63,506 bases of DNA, filler included, from Octopus bimaculoides (GCF_001194135.2; 5 parts of 5 records of this genome joined end to end with filler, not necessarily neighbours in it); one strand, 5' to 3'; counted from the whole stretch's first letter, positions 24,645-38,259 are shown. Notes: generated by a model from the sequence alone, not told the origin. Translations and numbers: made by a program.

Positions 24645-24662
24645 GAGAGAGATTGATTGATA

Positions 24663-24702
<40 letters not shown>

Positions 24703-25373
24703 GACTGAGTGAGTGATATAGATAGACAGACAGGCAAGCAGACAGACAGATAGATAGGCAAACATATATGCACATATATTTGTGTGTGTGTGTCTAAGAC
24801 CAAGTATTTTCACTAGAAGCCGTGATACTCTTGTGGTTTGTATGAGTGTCACACATACACATACCCATACATACGCACATATATACTCACACACTCTCAC
24901 ACGCACGCACATAAACACACACATATTTTTATATACATATATACATATGCATGTATGTGTGCGTGTATGGGCGTGCGTACAACGAGAATCAATGTAGAAA
25001 TAAAATGGAATATAAAAGTAAGATAATGCAAAAGAATGGAATGAAGTACCTCATCCATAACTCTGATGGATTGTCTATTGATTCATTATCAACACCTTTC
25101 AATGATGACTGGGTGAATTATCATATTCTTAGAAATAAGCTGATTATCTTTCGTATTAATACAATTAAACAATGAATCCCAATGTCTGCTTTGTTCCGAC
25201 GAGAATTCCACGTAAAGCAGCTGCACATGCAGAAATGGAGGCGCCATAAAACGTTTTCTTGTCTCATTGATTAGATTCAATACGTTTATAACTGCAATTT
25301 CTACAATCCAATTGTTTTATTTAAGTCGTCGGCATTCAGGGTATACCAGCGTGCCCCAAAGACGTCTAACGCT

Positions 25374-25374
25374 A

Positions 25375-25432
<58 letters not shown>
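25374..25432. repeat. (TAC)n microsatellite
   Basis: Seen directly. Confidence 0.95.
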
Positions 25433-25433
<1 letters not shown>

Positions 25434-25805
25434 TTGTTGTTATTGTTCTGGTTGTTGTTTTATATGGAATTTAGAAGCGTTAAGCACGAAGTTACGCCAT
25501 TTTGCTTAGTTGCAATTTCATTCCTTATTGTTATTTTATTTTTGCTTTTTTTTTTTTGTTTTTAATGACATATCTCGGATTTTATCAGATTCCAACAGAA
25601 CAATATTCCTGGTAGTTTGGTGTCTATTCTTGTAACACATATAAGTATCAGAAGAAATTTGTTCTCGCTATCTTCTTTCTCTGTCTCAATACACACACAC
25701 ACACACACACACACGCATGCATGCACGTACACACACACTCACACACGCATATTATGTTGACAAGATTCAACATATGTCTACCTAGTATTGGTATTAATGT
25801 CTATT

Positions 25806-25858
25806 TGACGACGACGACGAAGAAGAAGAAGAAGAAGAAGAAGAAGAAAAACAAGAAG

Positions 25859-25895
<37 letters not shown>

Positions 25896-25932
25896 GCAAC
25901 AACAACAACAAAAAGCGCAACAACAGTAACAG
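25806..25932. repeat. Compound trinucleotide microsatellite (GAC)n-(GAA)n-(CAA)n-(CAG)
   Basis: Seen directly. Confidence 0.95.
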
Positions 25933-25989
25933 CAAGTGTTGCCCATCTGGATGTGTCCCAATCAACCAACTTCGTCCTCTCAACTTCTT

Positions 25990-26230
25990 ACAAGCTTAAA
26001 GTTGCCCGTGATTAGGAATCCCCAGCATTTTGAGCCATTTCCAAGCTGATCAAAGTGATCGTATTTAAAGCCGACAAAGTTTCTTTCCGTCTGCTTGTTC
26101 AAGTTGGTGATTAATATATCCGGCTTAATTTTAAGTGTTTCTCTGTGCTTATAGAGATCGTGGTATCACAAGAGAAGCTCCACAATAGTCGCTGACCTGT
26201 AGATCTGTACACTCTTAAGTGCCTTTTACT
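25990..26230 (-). mobile_element. Highly decayed RLE-type retrotransposon endonuclease fragment (tentative)
   Basis: Peptides RLLWSFS and KPDILITN resemble KILWDF and RPDIVI of the RLE domain, but frames are broken. Confidence 0.3.
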
Positions 26231-26721
26231 ATAGTCCTTAGTTGACTTATGCTTTGTAAGAGGAATGATAGATTCGGTAAGCGGAAACTGTACGTAAACT
26301 TTCTCTTCGGAGGGCGTGTATTGGTTTTGTTTCGGCATGGGGATATGTAAATCGAGACGTACATACATACATACATACATACATACATACATACATACAT
26401 ACATACATACATACATTTCTGGGTTTCTTGGAAAAGGTGGAAAAGAAACTGACCAGGATTTTCCAAATCAAATCTATTAATGGCACAGCGAAGATTTGTT
26501 GGACGTTCCAAAACTTCTCTGTCTGAGATTCGTATGCGAATACATGCATAGACTTGGATGTAAGCATCGACTGTTCAACCAAAAGACCGTTTCAAACACA
26601 TTTTTACAAACACTGGGAACTCTCTAAACTCAAAAAGTTTTGCTTTGTTAGCGACCGCCTTGAACTCTTTCAACAAGTTAAGCTCAAAGTAAAATCATGC
26701 ATAAATACATACATACTTACA

Positions 26722-26787
<66 letters not shown>

Positions 26788-26971
26788 CCTGTCTGTCTGT
26801 CTCTCTCTCTCTCTCTCTTTCTCTCTCTCAAATTACATTTAAATGTTGAAGTGAATCTAACGGTCTTTGTGTGTTATTTTAAATGGCTTATAAACACCTT
26901 CCACACTGCAATTGTTTTCGTTCCAGCACACGATCTCAGATCAGGTCACTTGCTATGCAAGTACATCTCCC

Positions 26972-27023
<52 letters not shown>

Positions 27024-27295
27024 NNNNNNNNNNNNNNNNNNNNNNNNNNNNNNNNNNNNNNNNNNNNNNNNNNNNNNNNNNNNNNNNNNNNNNNNNNNNN
27101 NNNNNNNNNNNNNNNNNNNNNNNNNNNNNNNNNNNNNNNNNNNNNNNNNNNNNNNNNNNNNNNNNNNNNNNNNNNNNNNNNNNNNNNNNNNNNNNNNNNN
27201 NNNNNNNNNNNNNNNNNNNNNNNNNNNNNNNNNNNNNNNNNNNNNNNNNNNNNNNNNNNNNNNNNNNNNNNNNNNNNNNNNNNNNNNNNNNNNNN

Positions 27296-27372
<77 letters not shown>

Positions 27373-27644
27373 TGTCTGCATGTGTGTGTCTGTGTGTGTG
27401 TGTGTATACATGCATACACACATGTGTATATAAGTATGTTTGTATGTGTATAAATACGTATCGTTCTTTTTGTCTTTCTACCTGTAGATACATACAAACA
27501 CACACACACGCATACACACGTGCATATATACATGTGTGTGTATGTGTGTATGTGTTGATATAAGCATTTCGGTTATAACGAGCTTGGCATGGTATAGGGA
27601 AGTAAGACTGCATAGCGGAAAAATAGAGAAGCTGCTGCCGCTAC

Positions 27645-27666
27645 TGATGATGATGATGATGATGAA

Positions 27667-27699
<33 letters not shown>

Positions 27700-27747
27700 G
27701 ATGATGATGATGATGATGTTGATGATGATGATGATGATGATGATGAT
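27645..27747. repeat. (GAT)n microsatellite
   Basis: Seen directly. It explains the poly-Met ORF. Confidence 0.95.
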
Positions 27748-27832
27748 GAGTATTATTATATTCGCGTTAGCGGACTAAAAAATCCCAAATAACACGAACA
27801 TGAACAGAGACATCAAAATCATCCGCCGCAGT

Positions 27833-27881
<49 letters not shown>

Positions 27882-28924
27882 TGCAGCAGCAGCAGCACCA
27901 GCAGCAACAGCAGCAGTACAATTAGAAGATGGAAACGATGCTTAAAGAAGCAAGTTTAAGGATGTGTCTGTCCTTTGTCCTCTTTTTAACTTAGACGACA
28001 TGTTGAGTTGTTCGCTCTAAAAGTATTTTCGGTGATTTCCGTCACAGCGGGAGAGTTCTTCACTTGTAGATTGGAAACTAATTGAAGGAAACGAAAGAAA
28101 GAGAAAATTACGCACAAAGAGAGAAACGGGGGTGGGGAATGTAAGAGAGAAGGAGATGGAGTGAGAAGGAGAAAGATGGTATGAAATGGAGAGAGGGGGA
28201 GAGCGGAGAGGAGAACGAACGTCTGAAAGAGAAAAGTTAATTCCGAAAGAAGCGGGAATGGAAATATAAAAAGGAGTAAAATTAAAAGAAAGAAGAAAGA
28301 TAAGTAGAAATNNNNNNNNNNNNNNNNNNNNAGAAATGAAGTAAAGGTGAAATGAAAGAAATAATGAAAGAGAAGGAATGAAAAGAAAGACGGAAAGTTA
28401 AATGAAACGACGGACAAAGAACTGATTGGAGAAATGAAAGGTGAACTGAAATAAAGGTTAAACGAAGGAAGAGAGGAATAAAACCGTATTAGAAAAATGA
28501 ACGAAGAAAGAGAAATTAATAAAAATGGATGAAAATTATGAACACGATCCGAATGAACAGCTCTACACTTAGTATGTAGCTGCAAGTTGACGAACAACAG
28601 CTGGGAGATGAGCTTGTGGTAGTCAGAGTGTTTCAGAATCGGTAAAGTTCTTTGATTGGTCCCGAGGTAATGGACCTATCATATAGTTTTATATACTACG
28701 CATATATTTACCTCCGTTTTTTTTTTTTTACTCTCTCGTGCCTTTTCAATCTACGTTGCCACTGTTTTGCAAAATGACCTTCATCCATCATCCTAGTGCT
28801 AAATAAATGCATGGAATACTTTGCTCTGTTGCTCGAAGTAAGCAAAACGTTGGAGACGGTTATGGACTCAAGCACCTATGTCGACGGTCTGCTGCGACTC
28901 CCGGTGGAAGATGCAAGGTATACA

Positions 28925-28981
28925 GAAAGACCTCTGGAACACGTCCCTTTCAGTGGAAGGGACGTGTTCCAAAGGTTTTTC
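28925..28981. other. 25-bp stem-loop with 7-nt loop
   Basis: gaaagacctctggaacacgtccctt-tcagtgg-aagggacgtgttccaaaggtttttc: a 15-bp perfect inner stem, then one mismatch and one G-U. Confidence 0.9.
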
Positions 28982-30563
28982 CACTGGTTAGACAGTCTAG
29001 CTGTTGCCAGTGACTGCTGATGTGCAGGTACGCTGTGGGACTGCGCTATCTGCAGAAATTCCTGGGTGGTGAGCAGGTGTCGTGCCCCTTTTTACCCTTT
29101 TCAGTAGCTTATGTCTTTGACTGCGCTACAGTTGTAGATCAAGACAAGACCAGAATTGGGTGCCTGATACCTAGAACGTTGTCAAACGCTCACTGTCCTC
29201 TGCCAGTCGAGCAATGCGTTCGTTGATACGTCCACTTTAGCAATACGTAGTGAACTAGTGGTGCTTAAGAGAGATTACATTCTCGAAGAAACAGTAGGCG
29301 TCGACGAGAACGAACTGGTTGGTTTGTTCCAGAAAATTTTCTGGTGGGCACTACTATGGGTGTCTTCTGGAAATCTGGTTCAATAAAATAAGTACCAGTT
29401 GAACACGGGGGTTGATGTGATCGACTAATCCTCTCCCACAAAATTGCTGCCCTTGAGGCAAAATTTAAAACCATTACTATTATTAGTAGTGGATTGGTAG
29501 AATTATTTAAGCGTTGGACGAAATGTTTGGTGAGTTCCAATCCATTCGCGGTCAGCATTGACATTGCCCTTCGTCCTACTGAAACCGATAAAGTATCAGT
29601 CAATCTCTAGTTTCGTGTCCACCTCTCCCTAATTTCCCCCCCCCCCCATCAATGAACAAAGAGAACGCTTGTACTTCATTGTTATTTCATTAATGTCGGA
29701 AAGAAAACTGACTGCTGCAGAATTTGAACTCAGAAAGTGAGGAGCTGGATTAGATTTCAGAAGGCTTCAAATTTGTGTTGTGGTGCTGGTGGTAGTGGTG
29801 GTTGTGGTGTTGGTGGCGGTTGAGGTGTCGTTGTGGTTGTTGTGTTGGTGGCGGTTGAGGTGTTGGTAGTGGTTATGGTATTGGTGAAGTTGTGGTATTG
29901 TTGGTGGTTGTGGTATTGGTGTTGGTTGTGGTGGTGGTGGTGATGCTTGTAGTATTTGTGGTTGTTGTGGTGCTGGTGGTAGCTGTGGTGTTGGTGTTGG
30001 TGATGGTTGTGTTGGTGGTGGTTGTGGTGTTGGCGGCGATGGTATAGTTAAATAGACCTCAATATAACACTAGTACTTTTTTTCTTTGAAAATTAGAAGA
30101 CAAAGACGAAGCAGCGGGATTTGAAATCAGAACCTAAAGAACTGGAGGTAATATTGATTGGAAACAAGTGTCGTCAGGTTTATAAATCTAGGAAAACAGA
30201 TTATTAGACAGAAAAGAGAGGAAGAACGAAAGTTAGCCATAAAAAGTGGAGTCGACCAATAAACGTAGGTAACAAAAGAAGACGTGACTGACTGTTTGGT
30301 TCGGACTAAGAGCTCTTTGATAGAGCAGAGGAAACGAACGAAGAAATAAGGAACTAAGTGAGGTGTTGGAAGGGTGAGACAAGGGAAGCGAGAGAAATGA
30401 CAAGAAAAGTCTTTGGGAGGACGGAGGGAAGACAAATTGATAGAGGAAACTATGTGTTGGTGACAATATATATACTTCAAAGAGAAAGTATTAAAATTAT
30501 AAAGAAATAGAAGAAAGAAGAAGAAGAATAGAAATTGAGAAGGAAAAAATAGAGTGGTAGAGT

Positions 30564-30567
<4 letters not shown>

Positions 30568-30630
<63 letters not shown>

Positions 30631-30753
30631 TTAATGAGGGATCGGGAAACATGAGAAAGAGAGAGGGAAACAGGAAACTAGAGTGACAGAGAGAGATTAA
30701 ATGATAATGAAGTTTAAAGAAAATAATAATGGTATTAACAATGCTGTTGATGC

Positions 30754-30807
<54 letters not shown>

Positions 30808-30860
30808 AAGAAGAAGAAGAAGAAGAAGAAGAAGAAGAAGAAGAAGAAGAAGAAGAAGAA
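30568..30860. repeat. (GA)n, (TAG)n and (AAG)n microsatellites
   Basis: Seen directly. Confidence 0.9.
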
Positions 30861-31470
30861 AGAAAGAATGAAAGAAAGAGAAAAGAAAGAAAAAAGAAAA
30901 AAGAGAGAAAGACATTTGGTTTGAGATGAAAGAACATGGAATGTCTTTGAATCACTGANNNNNNNNNNNNNNNNNNNNNNNNNNNNNNNNNNNNNNNNNN
31001 NNNNNNNNNNNNNNNNNNNNNNNNNNNNNNNNNNNNNNNNNNNNNNNNNNNNNNNNNNNNNNNNNNNNNNNNNNNNNNNNNNNNNNNNNNNNNNNNNNNN
31101 NNNNNNNNNNNNNNNNNNNNNNNNNNNNNNNNNNNNNNNNNNNNNNNNNNNNNNNNNNNNNNNNNNNNNNNNNNNNNNNNNNNNNNNNNNNNNNNNNNNN
31201 NNNNNNNNNNNNNNNNNNNNNNNNNNNNNNNNNNNNNNNNNNNNNNNNNNNNNNNNNNNNNNNNNNNNNNNNNNNNNNNNNNNNNNNNNNNNNNNNNNNN
31301 NNNNNNNNNNNNNNNNNNNNNNNNNNNNNNNNNNNNNNNNNNNNNNNNNNNNNNNNNNNNNNNNNNNNNNNNNNNNNNNNNNNNNNNNNNNNNNNNNNNN
31401 NNNNNNNNNNNNNNNNNNNNNNNNNNNNNNNNNNNNNNNNNNNNNNNNNNNNNNNNNNNNNNNNNNNTAT

Positions 31471-31502
<32 letters not shown>

Positions 31503-31643
31503 TACACATACACATTCACTACGAACAAAGATACATACGCACAAACACACACACACACACACACAAATATACGCACACACATACAAGCTCACATGCAGAC
31601 ACACATACGTATATATAGTGCGTATGTATGAGTAATATATATA

Positions 31644-31692
<49 letters not shown>

Positions 31693-31970
31693 GTGTGTAT
31701 ATATATGTCTGAATGTATGTATACACATAGATATATATGCATATACATATGTGTATATATTGTGCATATAGATAATAATTTATTCATATATATACACATA
31801 TTATATATATATAATATATATTTTCATATGTATATATATTTTATATACATTTATATATATTTTTATATATATTTTATATTTTATTTATAAATATATTTAT
31901 ATATATTTTATATTATATATATAATATATATAGTATATGTATTTTATATATTTTATATATATAACATGTA

Positions 31971-32005
<35 letters not shown>

Positions 32006-32123
32006 GGTGAATATGGTACTTAAGTTTAGGCACCAGAAATAAGTATGGTATTATCCATACAGTTTCAAAATAAGGTGATTAAAATGAAAATAAGCGACAA
32101 GGATATCCCAAATTAATGCAGTC

Positions 32124-32637
32124 CGATCGTTTCATGCAACTCCATTTAATTAAGCAATGTGAACATTACATCAAATGTAAAATGCAGAGCAATCCTCCGC
32201 TGCACAAAGATATAGAAATTTATTGAAATTACTTTTCAACAGAAGGACATATTTTTATAATTAAATCTAAACTCTCCAAGTAGAAAGAAAGAATACAAAA
32301 AAACATTTTGACTTAGCCAGACCATACAGGCTAGTAAATAATTCTAAGCAGATTTTTAACTGTCACTAATTTTATTTGTGTTTTTGGTTCTGATTTATGG
32401 ACCATCTTATCAGACCTAGAGATTCAAAGCTTTAGAGGACAATGGCATTTTCTTTTTAGGGTAAGGGGTAAACAGTATAGACAGTAAACGTAGATGGTAT
32501 AGTAATAAAATTTCTTAGGGTTTAGTGATAGACTACTATGTGGGGGGGGGGTCTCTACTAGCTGAGGATTGCTCTGCATTTTACATTTGATGTAATGTTC
32601 ACATTGCTTTATTAAATGGAGTCGCATGAAACGATCG
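32124..32637. repeat. 78-bp inverted repeat pair with 358-bp spacer
   Basis: 32124-32201 is the reverse complement of 32560-32637 with about 4 differences. No target-site duplication seen. Confidence 0.9.
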
Positions 32638-33727
32638 TATAGAATTTATAAATGTTTAGTGCATCGCAACGTGCATTTCTACAAATCACAGTCCGTATTC
32701 CTGGGACAATTTCAGTGAAGTCCGTAATATCCGTGGGCATCCGGTTGATCATCATCATTGATTCATATATATATATATATATANNNNNNNNNNNNNNNNN
32801 NNNNNNNNNNNNNNNNNNNNNNNNNNNNNNNNNNNNNNNNNNNNNNNNNNNNNNNNNNNNNNNNNNNNNNNNNNNNNNNNNNNNNNNNNNNNNNNNNNNN
32901 NNNNNNNNNNNNNNNNNNNNNNNNNNNNNNNNNNNNNNNNNNNNNNNNNNNNNNNNNNNNNNNNNNNNNNNNNNNNNNNNNNNNNNNNNNNNNNNNNNNN
33001 NNNNNNNNNNNNNNNNNNNNNNNNNNNNNNNNNNNNNNNNNNNNNNNNNNNNNNNNNNNNNNNNNNNNNNNNNNNNNNNNNNNNNNNNNNNNNNNNNNNN
33101 NNNNNNNNNNNNNNNNNNNNNNNNNNNNNNNNNNNNNNNNNNNNNNNNNNNNNNNNNNNNNNNNNNNNNNNNNNNNNNNNNNNNNNNNNNNNNNNNNNNN
33201 NNNNNNNNNNNNNNNNNNNNNNNNNNNNNNNNNNNNNNNNNNNNNNNNNNNNNNNNNNNNNNNNNNNNNNNNNNNNNNNNNNNNNNNNNNNNNNNNNNNN
33301 NNNNNNNNNNNNNNNNNNNNNNNNNNNNNNNNNNNNNNNNNNNNNNNNNNNNNGCGGCGGGAGCGGCGGCGGGAGCGGCGGCGGAAGTGGTGGATTTTAA
33401 TAACAATGATAATAATGATTTTCTTATTAAATATTTATTTCTCCCAGTTGACATTCTGTGACATGTTTGACAAATCGAGGCACCTGTTGTATTGTTTACT
33501 GTAACACCCTGGCTTCCCGACCAACTAATAAAAGCAGCGGGTTTCCTTAAAGATACAAGAAGAGCGCCTGCCGAAACTCTGCGCACCTAAAGGCGATATT
33601 AATAAAAGAAGACATTTTTGAAGGAGACAGAGCGAAAACAGTTGAAATATTAGAATACACCGAAATGACCCCAGATCAATATTATGTACTGTTGACATGG
33701 TAAAGGAAAACCTAAACTACTGGTTGT

Positions 33728-34003
33728 TATAATAGGGTCTGTATAATAGGGTCTGTATAATAGGGTCTGATATAATAGGGTCTGTATAATAGGGTCTGAT
33801 ATAATAGGGTCTGATATAATAGGGTCTGTATAATAGGGTCTGTATAATAGGGTCTGATATAATAGGGTCTGATATAATAGGGTCTGATATAATAGGGTCT
33901 GATATAATAGGGTCTGTATAATAGGGTCTGTATAATAGGGTCTGATATAATAGGGTCTGTATAATAGGGTCTGATATAATAGGGTCTGATATAATAGGGT
34001 CTG
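33728..34003. repeat. Minisatellite of 14/15-bp units TATAATAGGGTCTG(A), 19 units, running into a gap
   Basis: Nine 14-bp and ten 15-bp units account for all 276 bp. Confidence 0.97.
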
Positions 34004-34103
34004 NNNNNNNNNNNNNNNNNNNNNNNNNNNNNNNNNNNNNNNNNNNNTTAATTAATTAANNNNNNNNNNNNNNNNNNNNNNNNNNNNNNNNNNNNNNNNN
34101 NNN
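34004..34103. other. Artificial scaffold-join cassette 44N-TTAATTAATTAA-44N
   Basis: Same 100-bp structure as 19802-19901. Confidence 0.9.
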
Positions 34104-36072
34104 TATATATATATATATAATTAAATAGTAGGGTAAAAAATTGGATCTTAATTAATATCCATTTAATACCAGGAAACCAGCACATTAAAAGAATCAGAAG
34201 ATTCATAAAAAAAATTTTCTGAGATCTCAACCTTATATTTATTTCTATAATTTTCACTAGTCTCGCCCGTATGTTTTTGCTTCGCTAAATTTTTTCTTTG
34301 ATAAATTTTCGGTGATCTTCTAGCACATTAGCAGTCCACCTAATGGTCTCTTATATATATATATATATATAGCTTTCGATGCCACCCTGCTGAATGCTTA
34401 TATTTGTGTAAATGAGTATGGATTTTATTGCATGTTATCATGAATGTTTTAACACCACTTTCTCCCGTTTTGTGTCTGACTTGAATATAATTTTTAATAA
34501 GATCTCGTAATTGTATTGATGTTTGCTCATTTACAGGACCGTATTTTTATCCAGTTCTATCCACCGAACAATACTTTAATCTATCATCGTAATTGTTTAA
34601 TTGTGTAGTTGTTTGAGGCATTGTTCCTAACCGTCTCACTACTTCAGTTTGTCATCCTTTTATGAAATCCTTATACGGAATTATTTAAGGTATTGTACCT
34701 GTTTAATTTTCTATCCAACATATTCTTTCTTCACCTTACGTTCGTTACTTATTCTGTCACGCTAGCCCACTTATCTATCTTTCAAGATCGACCCATCAGC
34801 TTTAGCTTTTCTTATTTACTTCCTTCCCTCTCTATCACACGAAGAAAAAGGACAAGTAAATGTCATATTCTATACTTCTCATGACAAAGAATTTTTCTCA
34901 GTCTTCTGAATTTTACTGACCAGTTATTTCCAAGAAATCCATGAAATTATCTGGAAATTATTACAGTAATAATTAAACTTATGCCTCTTGCATTGTGATA
35001 CTCAGAATGCATCAATCTTCCGCCAGAATGCTCGATATGCCGTAGTCCATTCCACTTCTTTCCAATTGGTCTTCGTGGTTCTTCGTGAATGTTCGGTAGC
35101 AGGTATTGTTAGGTTGCCCTTTTTTCCGTTGTCCTTATACGTCATTCCAGTTGTGCACAATTGCACAGTTAACTGAAGGCTCGTTTGGTAACAACTTTTG
35201 CATGCTGAGTAGATGGCTGATGAGAACTATTACGTGCTGGGTGAAACCAACGGAGCGCCACGATGTTTTGCAGCGTCTGGGATTAGCTTTGCAGAAGAAG
35301 TTCATCTTTTTCCGATTTCGTTTCCCGAACGGGACACTAGTCTGTCGCACTGCTGGCACTCATTTGCAGCTGAGTGGAGCGGAAAACTATGTGATATGAA
35401 ATGCTCAAGGATTTAACGCAATGTTGGGTCTGAGAATAGAACCCGCAACCAAACAAGTCTTCATTAGATATTTCTACAACACTCCTGTAACCGTGCTATC
35501 CTTTCCAGGATATATACTACTAACCAGTAATACTACTAAGTATAACAGTAACCAAACCACTATACTGGAAGCAGGCTGGATGATAGTAATANNNNNNNNN
35601 NNNNNNNNNNNNNNNNNNNNNNNNNNNNNNNNNNNNNNNNNNNNNNNNNNNNNNNNNNNNNNNNNNNNNNNNNNNNNNNNNNNNNNNNNNNNNNNNNNNN
35701 NNNNNNNNNNNNNNNNNNNNNNNNNNNNNNNNNNNNNNNNNNNNNNNNNNNNNNNNNNNNNNNNNNNNNNNNNNNNNNNNNNNNNNNNNNNNNNNNNNNN
35801 NNNNNNNNNNNNNNNNNNNNNNNNNNNNNNNNNNNNNNNNNNNNNNNNNNNNNNNNNNNNNNNNNNNNNNNNNNNNNNNNNNNNNNNNNNNNNNNNNNNN
35901 NNNNNNNNNNNNNNNNNNNNNNNNNNNNNNNNNNNNNNNNNNNNNNNNNNNNNNNNNNNNNNNNNNNNNNNNNNNNNNNNNNNNNNNNNNNNNNNNNNNN
36001 NNNNNNNNNNNNNNNNNNNNNNNNNNNNNNNNNNNNNNNNNNNNNNNNNNNNNNNNNNNNNNNNNNNNNNNN

Positions 36073-36440
36073 GCTACGTTCTGAGTTCAAATTCCGTCGA
36101 TGTCGACTTTGCCTTTCATCCTTTCGGGGTCAATTAAATAAGTACCAGTTACGCACTGGGGTCGATATAATCGACTCAATCTATTTGTCTGTCCTCGTTT
36201 GTCCCCTCTGTGTGTAGCCTCTTGTGGGTAGTAAAGAAATAAGAAACGTTAGCACACAGAGCGAAATGCTTAGCGGTATTTCATCTATCTTTATGTTCTG
36301 AGTTCAAATTCCACCGAGGTCGACTTTGCGTTTCATCCTTTCGGGGTCGATAAATTAAGTACCAGTTGCGTACTGGGTCGATCTAATCGACTGGCTCCCC
36401 TCCCCCCAAATTTCGGGTCTTGTGCCTAGAATAGAAAAGA
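36073..36440 (+). mobile_element. Two tandem SINE family B copies (36073-36243 long-tail form, 36246-36440 short-tail form)
   Basis: Both contain gttctgagttcaaattcc...gtcgactttgc...tcctttcggggtc. Confidence 0.85.
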
Positions 36441-37007
36441 ATATATATGTGTGTGTATGTGTGTGTCTATGTATGCTATGTACGTACACGTACATACATA
36501 CATTCAGTATCGAGATGGAAAATATTTATGGACAACCGCTTCGAGACCATCAGCCCTTATGCATTGATTACATAATTATATTTATGTCAGTAATCACCGG
36601 TGCACTATTTTATATTCATAAACAACTAAGTGACAACCTAGAAAAGCTAGGATTTTTAAGCAAAGAATGGGACCGGTCAACACGAACTTTACCGATACAA
36701 TGTATAATTGGGACAGTAAATGTAGGCAAACTCTTCTTATAGTTCGATATGTAACAATTATCGTTGTTGCTATCCAAATTTAATCATTGGCTTTGCTTCT
36801 TTCTTAGAACCTCGCTACATTCCTCTCGGAAGTAATAACAATATATAAAAGAATGTGAAGGCACATACATGCGTATATAGTGTGTTATATGATTGTTGGT
36901 TTCTAGCCCCATGTAAATTCTGATCATTCAGACCTATAATCAAAGGTGTTCCAACGAGGAACATTGCATTTCTATCTGACAATATACCTAGAAATGCAGT
37001 CCCCGAT

Positions 37008-37398
37008 GGAGGCGCAATGGCCCAGTGGTTAAGGCAGCCGACTCGCGGTCATAGGATCGCGGTTTCGATTCCCAAACCGGGCGTTGTGAGTGTTTATTGA
37101 GCGAAAACACCTAAAGCTCCACGAGGCTCCGGCAGGGGATGGTGGCGAACCCTGCTGTACTCTTCCACCACAACTTTCTCTCACTCTTACTTCCTGTTTC
37201 TGTTGTGCCTTTAATTCCAAGGGTCAGCCTTGTCACACTGTGTCACGCTGAATATCCCCGAGAACTACGTTAAGGGTACACGTGTCTGTGGAGTGCTCAG
37301 CCACTTGCACGTTAATTTCACGAGCAGGCTGTTCCGTTGATCGGATCAACTGGAACCCTCGTCGTCGTAAGCGAAGGAGTGCCAAAGGAAAAAAAAAA
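37008..37398 (+). mobile_element. tRNA-derived SINE family C, apparently full length, A-rich tail
   Basis: A box TGGCCCAGTGG, B-box-like GGTTTCGATTCCC, non-tRNA body, ends gccaaaggaaaaaaaaaa. Confidence 0.8.
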
Positions 37399-38150
37399 GG
37401 AAAGGAAAAAAAAAGCAGTTCCCGATATTTACTGCATTTTAAAAACGGTTTGGGGCTAGTTCGTTTTGTTGACACGTAATCGGACTGTTAAGATATAGTA
37501 TTCCTTGTTTGATGAGATACCGTGTGGTTTTCATTACTTCTCAACAGTGAGAAGCACCTTGCATAATCGAGAGCTTGCTGACTACCACGTGAAAAGAGTG
37601 GTCATTGCTTCGTATAGTATGTAAGAACATTCACGTTATGTACATGTCATGTCACTTGTTTCTGAAGAGCCTGTTCCATCAGGGGAATATACAACCATTA
37701 CAATTATGCCCAATCAATCTAAATGTGAATCAGTGCTCAAGCTAGAGTCAGTGTCATGAGTAGCGTTTTATCGACATATGCAACAGTTGTATTATACCGT
37801 TAAAAAAAAAATAAGAAGAAGAAGTTAAAATTGGAAAATGTAGTTCACGGCTTGATAAAAACGATGCGAAGATTGTAGCTGAAATGATTTTGATCGTAAT
37901 TCTCCTCCAGCAGATTGGCCTGGAGATGAACGGCAGCAACTGCAGTAGCATTGTGAATCAATTAATGTTTCCTTTGTCTATAAATAAGGCACTAGTCAAG
38001 TGCTGTGTCGATATGTAATCGACTAGAACTCTCCCACTAAGAATTACTGGACTTGTGCCAAAATTGGAAACCATTATTATTGTTGCTGTTGGTATCGTTA
38101 GCACATCATCATCATCGTCATCATCATCATCAGCAGCATCATTATCATAG

Positions 38151-38245
38151 TTCTTCTTCTTCTTCTTCTTCTTCTTCTTCTTCTTCTTCTTCTTCTTCTT
38201 CTTCTTCTTCTTCTTCTTCTTCTTCTTCTTCTTCTTCTTCTTCTT
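38151..38245. repeat. (CTT)n microsatellite at the 3-prime end of the adjacent minus-strand retroelement
   Basis: Seen directly. Confidence 0.95.
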
Positions 38246-38259
38246 TCTCTTTATCACAG

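Noticed and set aside
29770-30045. Thr/Pro-rich mucin-like reading on the minus strand
   Set aside because: Degenerate (GGT/TGT)n low-complexity tract with no splice or start context.
32612-32760. GCPRIL segment as a possible Wnt WSGCSDN exon
   Set aside because: No other Wnt residues, and a stop follows shortly.
33728-34003. CRISPR-like or telomeric array
   Set aside because: No spacers, eukaryotic context, and the unit contains ATAGGG rather than tandem TTAGGG.
35215-35265. CTGATGA...GAAA hammerhead-like spacing
   Set aside because: No stem II and no UH site positioned with a stem I.
37660-37700. CTGAAGA-GCCTG/CAGGG-GAAT hammerhead-like motif
   Set aside because: GAAT instead of GAAA, a G-G at the stem II base, and no convincing stem I.
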